A program made the translations under genes and the position numbers. The notes under the pieces are model-generated. The model did no database searches and had not been told where the DNA came from. It saw nothing but the letters and a program-made list of their open reading frames with translations. Of a DNA stretch of 22,445 nucleotides, positions 1 to 7,325 are shown piece after piece. Numbering within the stretch: position 1 is the first letter of the stretch; every line of letters starts with the position of its first letter. The DNA comes from an uncultured Myxococcales bacterium (GTDB lineage Bacteria > Myxococcota_A > UBA9042), in assembly GCA_937910235.1 (NCBI GenBank), contig CALENB010000151.1:1-22445 (forward strand), written 5' to 3'.

Positions 1-1110
1 CGTCGTCATGGCGCGCTCGCCCTTGCCCACCACCGTCGTCTTCAGCGGAACTGTGGGCTCGAAGCGCACCGCGCGCTCGCCAACGACCTGCGCTTCGACA
101 CGGGTGATCGGCACCTTCGACAGCGGTAGTTTGATCTGCGGCTGTCCGTGGCTGCGATCCACCGCGAGGCGAAACGTCGCCGTGATCACGTGGTCGCCAG
201 CGCCGCGAACCGCCACGCGGTGCCAGCCGTCGGCGACTGTCGAGACCAGCGCCTGCTTGCCGTCGAGGACCGACGTGAGGGCCGAGGTTTCATCGATAAG
301 TCGCAGCTGCACGGGCGCCTGTCGCACGCGCACCGTGAAGGTCGCGCTGACGTCGACCCCGTCGCCCTGCGCGTCGGGCTTGACCACGTACCGCGCGCTG
401 CGAACGGCGCCCGACTCAGCGCCGAGGCCCCACGCCAGGACGACGGCGGTTGTCGCAGGTACCTCAAAGGTGTGGTTGCCGCTCGATTTCGCGCTCGGCC
501 AGAGCTGAACGCTGGCCGCGCCCGGGCCGCTCACCGATACGGACGCGCCGGGTACGGGGGGCAGGGCGATCAACGCGCTCGTGCCGGCCGCGGTCTCTCG
601 GACGCGAACCTGAATGACCATGCGAATGGAGACGGACGCGGAGGGGTCTTCGATCACGAGCAGGTGCGCGCCGGCGCGTCGAAGCAGGGGTACCGAGTCG
701 CCGTCCGCCGTCACCGACTCGATGATCTGATCGCCCGGCAGCAGCAACACCTCGGCGCGGCGTTTGCCCGTGACCTTGACCTCGCCCGTGATCACGACCC
801 GCGCGAAGGGTTGGGTTGGGCTGGGTAGCGTCACCTCGACCCTGGCTCGCGACCAGGCTGCGTCGGAGGCTTGGCCGCCCGCCTTGAGCATGAGCGCTTG
901 GTACCGTTCCAGACTCAACCGCACCGACTCCGTGGGTTTGGCGGCCTCCGCAGCTAACGGCGCGGTCGCCAGCGACGTCGCGCTGAGGAGGAACGCAGCA
1001 CCCAGCAGCAAGGCGCCGATCTGCGCTGATCTGAGCGGCGCCACGAGCCGGCTGGGGCGGCGGGCTGGGCCGTGGGCGGGGCGGCGGGCGATGAGGCGAT
1101 TCGGGGTCAT
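1..1110 (-). CDS. hypothetical secreted protein, N-terminal 370 codons (3' end lies beyond the left edge of the window)
   Basis: Absent from the ORF track because it has no in-window stop. The reverse-strand frame starting at ATG (complement of 1108-1110) reads stop-free down to position 1. AGGAGG lies 6 nt upstream (revcomp of 1111-1125 = tccaggaggacgcct). N-terminus MTPNRLIARRPAHGPARRPSRLVAPLRSAQIGALLLGAAFLLSATSLATAPLA has a basic n-region and hydrophobic core, consistent with a signal peptide. The listed + strand ORFs 8..508, 148..828 and 764..1141 are Arg/Ala-rich antisense-type reads. Confidence 0.7.
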   Translation of the reverse strand, partial: MTPNRLIARRPAHGPARRPSRLVAPLRSAQIGALLLGAAFLLSATSLATAPLAAEAAKPTESVRLSLERYQALMLKAGGQASDAAWSRARVEVTLPSPTQPFARVVITGEVKVTGKRRAEVLLLPGDQIIESVTADGDSVPLLRRAGAHLLVIEDPSASVSIRMVIQVRVRETAAGTSALIALPPVPGASVSVSGPGAASVQLWPSAKSSGNHTFEVPATTAVVLAWGLGAESGAVRSARYVVKPDAQGDGVDVSATFTVRVRQAPVQLRLIDETSALTSVLDGKQALVSTVADGWHRVAVRGAGDHVITATFRLAVDRSHGQPQIKLPLSKVPITRVEAQVVGERAVRFEPTVPLKTTVVGKGERAMTT

Positions 1111-1354
1111 AGGCGTCCTCCTGGACAAGCGACCTCAGTGAGGACGCGCGGCGCGGGCGTGCGATCTATCGAGTCTGCAAACAGGCTGTGTTCACAACGA
1201 CACAGACGTCTGATTGCACATCCCGCGCGGGGTAGCTGCATGCTGCTGGCGCCCGCAGAATCTATCACGAATGCAGGCTTCGCAAGGCGCTCGCAGCGCC
1301 GCGTTGACGCGCCAGGATTGACCCTTCGGACGTCACCCTCGCACACTCCGCGCC

Positions 1355-2797
1355 ATGATCGACGCCCGCCGCCAACCCGCCTCGTGCTGCTCGGGGCCCC
1401 AGGTCGCTCTCCGCCGCGAGCGGGGTGCGGTGTGGGCGTGGACCCTCGCCCTGCCGCTCCTGTTGGTCGGCTGCGGCGGCGCGACGCCACCGTTGGCCAC
1501 GGGTCAAGTGGCCGCGTCCGGCGCCAGCGCCGCCGCGGCGCGGCAGACGGCCGCGCAGCTGAAGGTGGCAGGCGCCAAGGGTGATGCGGAGGCGCAGGGG
1601 CAGCGGTGGGGGCCGGCGTCGTCGCGTTTTCACGCCGCGATGCGCACCGCCAAGCAGCCCAGTGTGTGCGCGGCGCTGAAAACTCGGCGAGATCGCGCCG
1701 CCGGACATTACGCGAGCCAGCTGCTGCGCGGCCTTGAAGACAGGCTCACGGCGCCGAGCGCGCGCGAGATTTTTGCGCAGGCCGCGGGCCTCGCGCGGGC
1801 CGCTTGGGTGCCGCTGCCGGAGCGCCACCGCGCCGAGGCCCTCATGGCCCGCGCTGGGGCCCAGCTCTGGGCGGCGTCCAGCGCGGCTGACCCCAGCGCG
1901 CGTCTCGCCCAGGTGCAAGGCGCCGCCGCGTGGGCGTTGCAGCTGCCGGCAGATGACCCGACGGTGCGGGCGTGGCGGGCGGAGAGCCTGCGCCTCGCGA
2001 CGCACCACGACGCGCTGCGATCGGCGCGCAGCGCGTTGCCGTTCGCCGGTTGGCTGCAGAACAGACTCGTGCGCGAGTTGGGTGGCGTCGCGCATCCGAG
2101 CGCGCGGCGTTGGCTCGCCGAGATGGTGCGCGCCAGCAGTCTGCGATTTGAGGTCCGCCTTGAGGGCCCATGCCGTGCGCAGGGTGATGCGGCGGCCGCC
2201 GCCCTGGCGTCGCCGTTCGGCGTGCGGGTGCCTGTGACGCTGCAGATGCAGTCCTGCGGCGACCAGCGGGCGGCGACCAGCAGCCTGGGCGCCTATCGCG
2301 TCTTTGTCGCAGATGTCCGCATCCGGCCGCCAAACGCGAACGTGATTCGTGTGCACCTCGGGCTCGGCGCGAAGCCGACCGCCGCGGCGAGCGCGCTCGA
2401 TCTGCAGTTGGCCGGCGCTGCGGCGGCTCGAATTCGCGCCGCCGCAGCGCCGATCCGTCGCGCGCAAGCGACGCCGTTGATCGCGCGGGCGCGCGTGGCG
2501 ACCAACCCGCTCCAGGCCGAAGAGCTGTGGCTGCATGCCTTGGCGTGGCGCGGCGCGCTGCCTGAAGATGGCGTCGCGTTTCTCCGCGCGCACGTCGGCC
2601 TGACGCTGGCCCAAGCGATCGCCGCTCAGTCGACGCGCTGGCCCCGCGCGCGCCTGCTCCTGCGCCTGCCAACGCGGCCGTATCCAGCAGGAAAACCCCA
2701 TGATTGCGGCCTTAAAGCTGACGCGCGTCGCCCGCCCAACCCAACCGCCGCCCCATCCCAGCCGGCGCACGCGTCAGCTGTCGATCGTGGCGACTAG
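1355..2797 (+). CDS. alanine-rich lipoprotein, unknown function
   Basis: N-terminus ...AVWAWTLALPLLLVGCGGATPP has a hydrophobic core plus lipobox L-V-G-C. Third-codon-position GC is above 90% over most of the frame, whereas the overlapping 501-aa minus-strand ORF (1265..2770) is Arg-rich and antisense-like. The true start may be the in-frame GTG near 1430 rather than the ATG at 1355. The last ~40 codons show a marked drop in GC3. Confidence 0.6.
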   Translation: MIDARRQPASCCSGPQVALRRERGAVWAWTLALPLLLVGCGGATPPLATGQVAASGASAAAARQTAAQLKVAGAKGDAEAQGQRWGPASSRFHAAMRTAKQPSVCAALKTRRDRAAGHYASQLLRGLEDRLTAPSAREIFAQAAGLARAAWVPLPERHRAEALMARAGAQLWAASSAADPSARLAQVQGAAAWALQLPADDPTVRAWRAESLRLATHHDALRSARSALPFAGWLQNRLVRELGGVAHPSARRWLAEMVRASSLRFEVRLEGPCRAQGDAAAAALASPFGVRVPVTLQMQSCGDQRAATSSLGAYRVFVADVRIRPPNANVIRVHLGLGAKPTAAASALDLQLAGAAAARIRAAAAPIRRAQATPLIARARVATNPLQAEELWLHALAWRGALPEDGVAFLRAHVGLTLAQAIAAQSTRWPRARLLLRLPTRPYPAGKPHDCGLKADARRPPNPTAAPSQPAHASAVDRGD

Positions 2798-2879
2798 GTG
2801 TGGTAGTCGTGCTGCGGCCCCACCGTTCTCCCGCCGACCCATTGCCCGGCCTCGATGGCTCGGCCCTCCAGGAGATCTG

Positions 2880-3611
2880 ATGTCCGCTGCGCACGCCCCC
2901 CTTGAGCCCCATGGACCGATCGAGCCCCTGTTCGACGATGTGTGGCGGGTCAACGGCTCGTTGGAGATGAAGCCCACCATGCGGCTGGGTCGCAACATGA
3001 TCGTTGTGCGCAACGGCGGCGAGCTGACGATTATCAACTCCGTCCGGCTCGACAGCGGCACAGAGGCGCAGCTCAAGGCGCTCGGCACCATCGCGCACGT
3101 CGTGAAGATCGGGCTGCATGGCATGGACGACGCCTACTACGTCGACACGTTCGGCGCGAAGATGTGGACGCTGCCGGGAGCGCGCGTGGCCGAGGGTGTC
3201 ACGGCGACAGACGTGTTGAGCGCGGACGGCGACAGCGCGACCCCCGGCAGCCCGATCCCCGACCTCACTGTCTTCGTCTTTGCGCTTACGAATAAGCCCG
3301 AGGCCGCGCTGCTGCTCGAACGGCACGGTGGCCTGCTCATCACGTGTGACAGCGTGCAGCACTGGGAGCCGTCGCCGCGCAACTCGTTCACCGCGCGGAT
3401 CGCCTTTAGACTGATGGGGTTCATGCACCCAGCGCAGATCGGGCCGCCCTGGCTCAAGGCCCAGACGCCTGCCGGAGGCTCCGCCCGCGGCGACTTCGAC
3501 CGGTTGGTGGCGCTGCCTTTTCGCCACGTCATCGGCGGACACGGCGGGCTGCTGCGCGACGACGGCCCTGCTAGGCTGGCGGAGACCATTCACCGAGTTT
3601 TTGGCAGCTGA
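2880..3611 (+). CDS. hypothetical protein (possibly metallo-beta-lactamase-fold-like hydrolase; function unassigned)
   Basis: The track ORF 2700..3611 has an internal ATG at 2880 preceded by AGGAG (ccaggagatctgATG). High GC3 throughout. His/Asp-rich motifs (HVVKIGLHGMDDAYY, ITCDSVQHWEP, FRHVIGGHGG) hint at a metal-binding fold, but no family can be named from sequence alone. Confidence 0.55.
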   Translation: MSAAHAPLEPHGPIEPLFDDVWRVNGSLEMKPTMRLGRNMIVVRNGGELTIINSVRLDSGTEAQLKALGTIAHVVKIGLHGMDDAYYVDTFGAKMWTLPGARVAEGVTATDVLSADGDSATPGSPIPDLTVFVFALTNKPEAALLLERHGGLLITCDSVQHWEPSPRNSFTARIAFRLMGFMHPAQIGPPWLKAQTPAGGSARGDFDRLVALPFRHVIGGHGGLLRDDGPARLAETIHRVFGS

Positions 3612-3735
3612 CGGCCCTGTGCGCGCATAAACCACCTCCGGCGTGCCGCCCGGTCGCCCGACTAGGCGATTGCGCGTGCGCTCCCTAGCCGCGACGGCGT
3701 TGTGCGGGTAAGCTCGCGAACGAACGGAGCTCGCC

Positions 3736-4323
3736 ATGCATCTCGCCTATCTCATCGCTGCGGCTATCGGTTGCACCTTGCTCATCGCCCAGGTGGCGCT
3801 TCAGCTGTTGGGGCTCGGCGGCGGCGATGACGTGGCCGGCCACGACTTTGGTGGCGACGCGGACCTGGGCGGCGACGGCGACGTCCACACCGACATCCAC
3901 GAGGGCGAAACCAACCTGTTTTTCGGCGTGCTCTCCTTTAAGACTTTGTCAGCGTTTGTCGCCTTCTTCGGCCTCTCAGGCCTCGCCAGCGCTGAGCTCG
4001 GCGTCGCGTCCGCGGGTCTGCAGCTGCTGATCGCCGTGTTGGCCGGTCTCGCTGCCGGCGCCGTCGTGGTCGTGCTGATGCGGCTGCTCGTCTCGCTCAA
4101 CACCTCGGGCACTACCCGCCTCGAGGACGCCATCGGCAAGACCGCGCGTGTCTACCTGAGCGTCCCGGGTGGCGGAGACGGCCACGGTAAGATCATCGTC
4201 GACATCGGTGGCCGCGAAGTGGAGCTGCTCGCGATCACGCCTGGACCGACCATCCCAACGGGAGCCGCCGTCGAGGTGGTGAAACGAACCGAGGGCGAGA
4301 CCTTCGAGGTCGTTCGCATCTGA
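3736..4323 (+). CDS. nfeD: NfeD-family membrane protein (YuaF/YqiJ-like; N-terminal TM helices, C-terminal OB-fold domain)
   Basis: SD acggag precedes the ATG at 3736. Two hydrophobic segments (LIAAAIGCTLLIAQVALQLLGL; LLIAVLAGLAAGAVVVVLMRLLV) and a C-terminal soluble domain (ARVYLSVPGGGDGHGKIIVDIGGREVELLAITPG...VEVV) are typical of short NfeD proteins that sit directly upstream of flotillin/stomatin genes. Confidence 0.8.
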   Translation: MHLAYLIAAAIGCTLLIAQVALQLLGLGGGDDVAGHDFGGDADLGGDGDVHTDIHEGETNLFFGVLSFKTLSAFVAFFGLSGLASAELGVASAGLQLLIAVLAGLAAGAVVVVLMRLLVSLNTSGTTRLEDAIGKTARVYLSVPGGGDGHGKIIVDIGGREVELLAITPGPTIPTGAAVEVVKRTEGETFEVVRI

Positions 4324-4392
4324 TCGATGCCCAGGCTATGAACCTGTTTTTCCGGCTCAACAGCGGCCCAGTAGCGGGCTTGGAGGCCACTC

Positions 4393-5976
4393 GTGAACTA
4401 CGTTATTGCCATCGCCGTCATGGCTACGCTGGTGATTTTCAGCTTCATGCTGCTGGTGATCAAGCGGTATCGGCGCTGTCCGTCCAATCAGATCTTGGTC
4501 GTCTACGGCAAGGTCGGCGGCGGGCAGAGCGCGCGGTGCATGCACGGTGGCGGCGCGTTTGTGTGGCCGCTGATTCAGAACTACGCCTATCTCAGCCTGG
4601 ATCCGCTGCAGATTGAGATCCCGCTCCAGGGTGCGCTCTCCGCCGAGAACATCCGCATCAACGTGCCCTCCGTGTTCACCGTCGCCATCGGAACCGAGCC
4701 CGCCGTGATGCAGAGCGCCGCGGTGCGTCTGCTCGGGCTGTCGCATCAACAGACCGTCGATCAGGCCCGCGACATCATCTTCGGTCAGATGCGCCAGGTC
4801 ATCGCCTCGCTCGAGATCGAGAACATCAACCGCGACCGAGACACCTTCAGTCACAGCATTCAGGGTGGCTTGGAGCCGGAGCTGCGCAAGATCGGGCTGG
4901 TGCTTATCAACGTGAACATCACCGACATCACCGACGAGTCGGGCTATATCGAGGCGATCGGTCGCAAGGCCGCCGCTGAGGCGATTCAGCAAGCGGTGAT
5001 CGACGTCGCTGAGCAGCAGAAGCGGGGCGCGATCGGTGTCGCCAGCGCGGAGCGAGACCGCGCCGTTGAGGTCGCCGAAGCTGAGAGGATCAAGCAGATC
5101 GGCGTGACGCTGGCGCGGCAGCAGCAGGCCATTCGCATCGCCGAGCTCGAGCGCGACCGGGTCGTTGGTGAGGAGCGCGCCTCCCTGCAGCGCGAGTCGC
5201 AGGTCGCCGAGGCGGAGAAGGAGAAGCGCGTGCGCGTGGCGGACGCTGAAGCGCTGGCGACAGAGGGCGAGAACCTGGCAGCCGCGAAGGTCGCCAAGGT
5301 GAACGCCGACCTGCAGGTCGACCGCGCAGACGCTCGGCAACGTGGTGAGACCCGCCAGCGCGAGGCAGATGCCGCCGTGTTTGCGGCGCAGTATCGCGCC
5401 GAGGCCGCGGCCGCACAGGAGCTGGCGAAGAAGGTCGAAATGGAGCGACGCGCCGAGGTGGAGGCCGTCGCGAAGGCGAACAAGGCGCGGATCATCGTCG
5501 ACGCAGAGGCCGAGGCCGACAAGCGTCGGATTGAAGCCGAGGGCGACGCCGCGGCGATCTTCGCGCGCCTGGACGCGGAGGCCCGTGGTCAATACGAGAT
5601 CTTGCGTCAGAAGGGCTTGGGTCTCCGCCAGATCGTCAACGGCGTCGGTGGCGCAGACGCGGCGTTCCAGCTGCTGATGCTGGAGCACATGGACTTCTTG
5701 GCTGAGCAGAGCTCCAAGGCGATCCAGAACATCAAGTTCGACAAGATCACGGTGTGGGACAACGGCATCGGTGAGGACGGCAAGACCTCGACCGGTCGCT
5801 TCCTGCAAGGGCTCGCTGGCTCGCTGCCGCCCGTGCTGCACATGATGCGCGACATCGCCGGGGTGCAGATGCCCGAGGCGCTCGGCAAGATCATCGGTGA
5901 CGCGGACGAGGTCAGCGCTCGGGTTGATTCGGGCGACGCTGGGAAGGCGGACCGCGCCGAAGACGCTGTGACCTAG
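4393..5976 (+). CDS. floT: flotillin-family SPFH-domain protein (FloT/YuaG-like)
   Basis: GTG start at 4393 with GGAGG 7 nt upstream. N-terminal TM helix (VIAIAVMATLVIFSFMLLVI), an SPFH/band-7 core, and a long E/A/R-rich coiled-coil (AEAERIKQ..., RAEVEAVAKANKARIIVDAEAEADKRRIEAEGDAAA) characteristic of flotillins. Lies immediately downstream of the nfeD-like gene. Confidence 0.9.
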   Translation: MNYVIAIAVMATLVIFSFMLLVIKRYRRCPSNQILVVYGKVGGGQSARCMHGGGAFVWPLIQNYAYLSLDPLQIEIPLQGALSAENIRINVPSVFTVAIGTEPAVMQSAAVRLLGLSHQQTVDQARDIIFGQMRQVIASLEIENINRDRDTFSHSIQGGLEPELRKIGLVLINVNITDITDESGYIEAIGRKAAAEAIQQAVIDVAEQQKRGAIGVASAERDRAVEVAEAERIKQIGVTLARQQQAIRIAELERDRVVGEERASLQRESQVAEAEKEKRVRVADAEALATEGENLAAAKVAKVNADLQVDRADARQRGETRQREADAAVFAAQYRAEAAAAQELAKKVEMERRAEVEAVAKANKARIIVDAEAEADKRRIEAEGDAAAIFARLDAEARGQYEILRQKGLGLRQIVNGVGGADAAFQLLMLEHMDFLAEQSSKAIQNIKFDKITVWDNGIGEDGKTSTGRFLQGLAGSLPPVLHMMRDIAGVQMPEALGKIIGDADEVSARVDSGDAGKADRAEDAVT

Positions 5977-5977
5977 C

Positions 5978-6643
5978 TCACGAGACGGGCGGCGGAGGGC
6001 GGACAGTCGGGCGGACAGTCGGGCGGACAGTCGGCCCGAGAGTCGGCTGGACAGTCGATAGGACTGGCTGCGAATTCGGTGCTAGGTGGCCCGACGCGGG
6101 ATCGGCCACCGACCCTGCGGGCGCCGCGCTCGGCTGCGCGTCCGGTACCGCGCGAATGCGGATGTCGAGATGCTCACCGTGTTTGCCGACGGGTAGCGAT
6201 ACGAAGTCATCTCGCGACCACGCCAGGCGCGCCGTCCACTGCCGATCGGGCGTTTGTACACGCAATGTGCTGCCCGGGCCGCCGATACAAGGCACGATCG
6301 TCGCTTCTACGCCGTCGACATCGCCGCGCACCAACGACCGCCAGCGCACCGTTGTGCCGTTGTCGTCGCGGCGATGGGGTGCGACGCCGTCGCCGTCCGC
6401 GATCTCAAGCTGGAGAAAGCGCACATCCGTGACGCGTCCACAGTCGAGGTGGAGGTTGCCGTCCCAGCGGCGTCCGACCGCGGTGGTGTCGCCGCCGCCC
6501 CAACGCAGCTGGACTTTCAGCGGCGCGCCAAAAGCGACGGTGGGCTCCGACGCCGTCGCGACGTCCGGCCCGGGGCTGTCACAAGCGACGCATGCGGCCA
6601 GCAGCGCGAGAATCCCGACCCTGTTGCGGTGCCACAAGCGCAT
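5978..6643 (-). CDS. lipoprotein, unknown function, with C-terminal PTVR tandem repeats
   Basis: ATG (complement of 6641-6643) preceded by GGAGG (cggaggtcggagATG). Signal peptide plus lipobox (GILALLAAC). GC3 about 80%. The C-terminus QPTLGPTVRPTVRPTVRPPPPVS is encoded by the 12-bp tandem repeat. Convergent with floT; the two stop codons are 1 nt apart. Confidence 0.6.
   Translation of the reverse strand: MRLWHRNRVGILALLAACVACDSPGPDVATASEPTVAFGAPLKVQLRWGGGDTTAVGRRWDGNLHLDCGRVTDVRFLQLEIADGDGVAPHRRDDNGTTVRWRSLVRGDVDGVEATIVPCIGGPGSTLRVQTPDRQWTARLAWSRDDFVSLPVGKHGEHLDIRIRAVPDAQPSAAPAGSVADPASGHLAPNSQPVLSTVQPTLGPTVRPTVRPTVRPPPPVS
6001..6060. repeat. 12-bp tandem repeat, 5 copies (ggacagtcgggc x2, then ggacagtcggcc, cgagagtcggct, ggacagtcgata); encodes (PTVR)n on the minus strand
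   Basis: Read directly from 6001-6060. The first three copies are near-perfect and the last two are degenerate. Confidence 0.9.
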
Positions 6644-6822
6644 CTCCGACCTCCGAAGATCAAGCTACGGATGCCCGCGAGGCAGGGCAACGCGCCGCGA
6701 CGTCTGGGGTAGGACTACTCCAGTGCATCGACGCACGGACGTCGGGCCACGACGAGGTCGAGTCGGCGCCGACGTCAGCGGTCGCTGTTGCCGTCCACGA
6801 CGACGGACGCTAGCTTGGCGAC

Positions 6823-7194
6823 ATGAGTCGACGCACCACACAGCGCTCCGCGATCTGCGCCGCCTTTGAATCCGCCGCGCGTCCGCTGAAACCAGACGAG
6901 GTGCTCGCCCTGGCGCAGCAAGTGGTGCCGGGGCTGGGCGCGGCGACCGTGTATCGCAACCTCCGCCGACTCACCGAGGACGGCTGGCTGCGCGTTGTGG
7001 CGCTGCCCGGCGACGCGACGCGGCTGTACGAACGAGCCGGGCTCGCGCATCACCATCATTTCCATTGCGACCGCTGTGACCGCGTCTTTGACGTGCACGT
7101 CTGCCCCGGGGATCTAGGCAAGCTCGTGCCGCCGGGCTTCGCTGTGACGCAGCACGAGTTTGTGCTGTACGGGAGCTGCGCCGACTGCAACTAG
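6823..7194 (+). CDS. zur: Fur-family metalloregulator (Zur-like by genomic context)
   Basis: Winged-helix region with the conserved ATVYRNLRRL motif, followed by HHHHFHCDRCDRVFDV and a C-terminal CADC metal site. Assignment to Zur rather than Fur or Mur is an inference from the adjacent znuACB-type operon. Confidence 0.85.
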   Translation: MSRRTTQRSAICAAFESAARPLKPDEVLALAQQVVPGLGAATVYRNLRRLTEDGWLRVVALPGDATRLYERAGLAHHHHFHCDRCDRVFDVHVCPGDLGKLVPPGFAVTQHEFVLYGSCADCN

Positions 7195-7284
7195 CCGCCA
7201 CGCATCGCCGATGCTCCATCGCCCCGCGGGCGGGCCATACGGATGCCATCTCCTAACTCTTTGGTTCTATTTACCGCGCACGCC

Positions 7285-7325
7285 ATGCTTGCAAATGAGA
7301 AGCAGTTATCATTAATGTTCGCCAT
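7285..7325. promoter_or_regulatory. AT-rich Fur/Zur-box-like operator candidate between the Fur-family gene and the OMP-znu operon
   Basis: ttgcaaatgagaagcagttatcattaatgttcgcc is a conspicuous AT-rich island in GC-rich DNA. It contains the perfect palindrome CATTAATG and a TTATCATTAAT core that matches the Fur-box half-site ATCATTATC at 7 of 9 positions. It sits immediately 5' of the likely OMP start codons at 7315 and 7324. Confidence 0.35.

Noticed and set aside
8-1141. Three overlapping + strand ORFs (8..508, 148..828, 764..1141)
   Set aside because: Arg/Ala-rich, with no SD or signal features. The opposite strand carries a stop-free frame with a strong SD and a signal peptide, so these are antisense shadows typical of GC-rich DNA.
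1265-2770. 501-aa minus-strand ORF overlapping the Ala-rich lipoprotein gene
   Set aside because: Extremely Arg-rich (RRR, RARR runs). The + strand frame has a lipobox signal peptide and above 90% GC3, so the + strand is the real gene.
2712-3737. 341-aa minus-strand ORF opposite the 2880..3611 gene
   Set aside because: Arg/Gly-rich antisense-type composition. The + strand frame has an SD and high GC3.
4357-5841. 494-aa minus-strand ORF opposite floT
   Set aside because: Leu/Arg/Asp-rich mirror image of the flotillin coiled-coil. The flotillin identity of the + frame is unambiguous.
5996-6060. Possible CRISPR-like array (also considered for 21915..21944 and 20700..20960)
   Set aside because: These are contiguous short tandem repeats (12 or 15 bp) with no spacers, and they are in frame within coding sequence. 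They are not CRISPR arrays.
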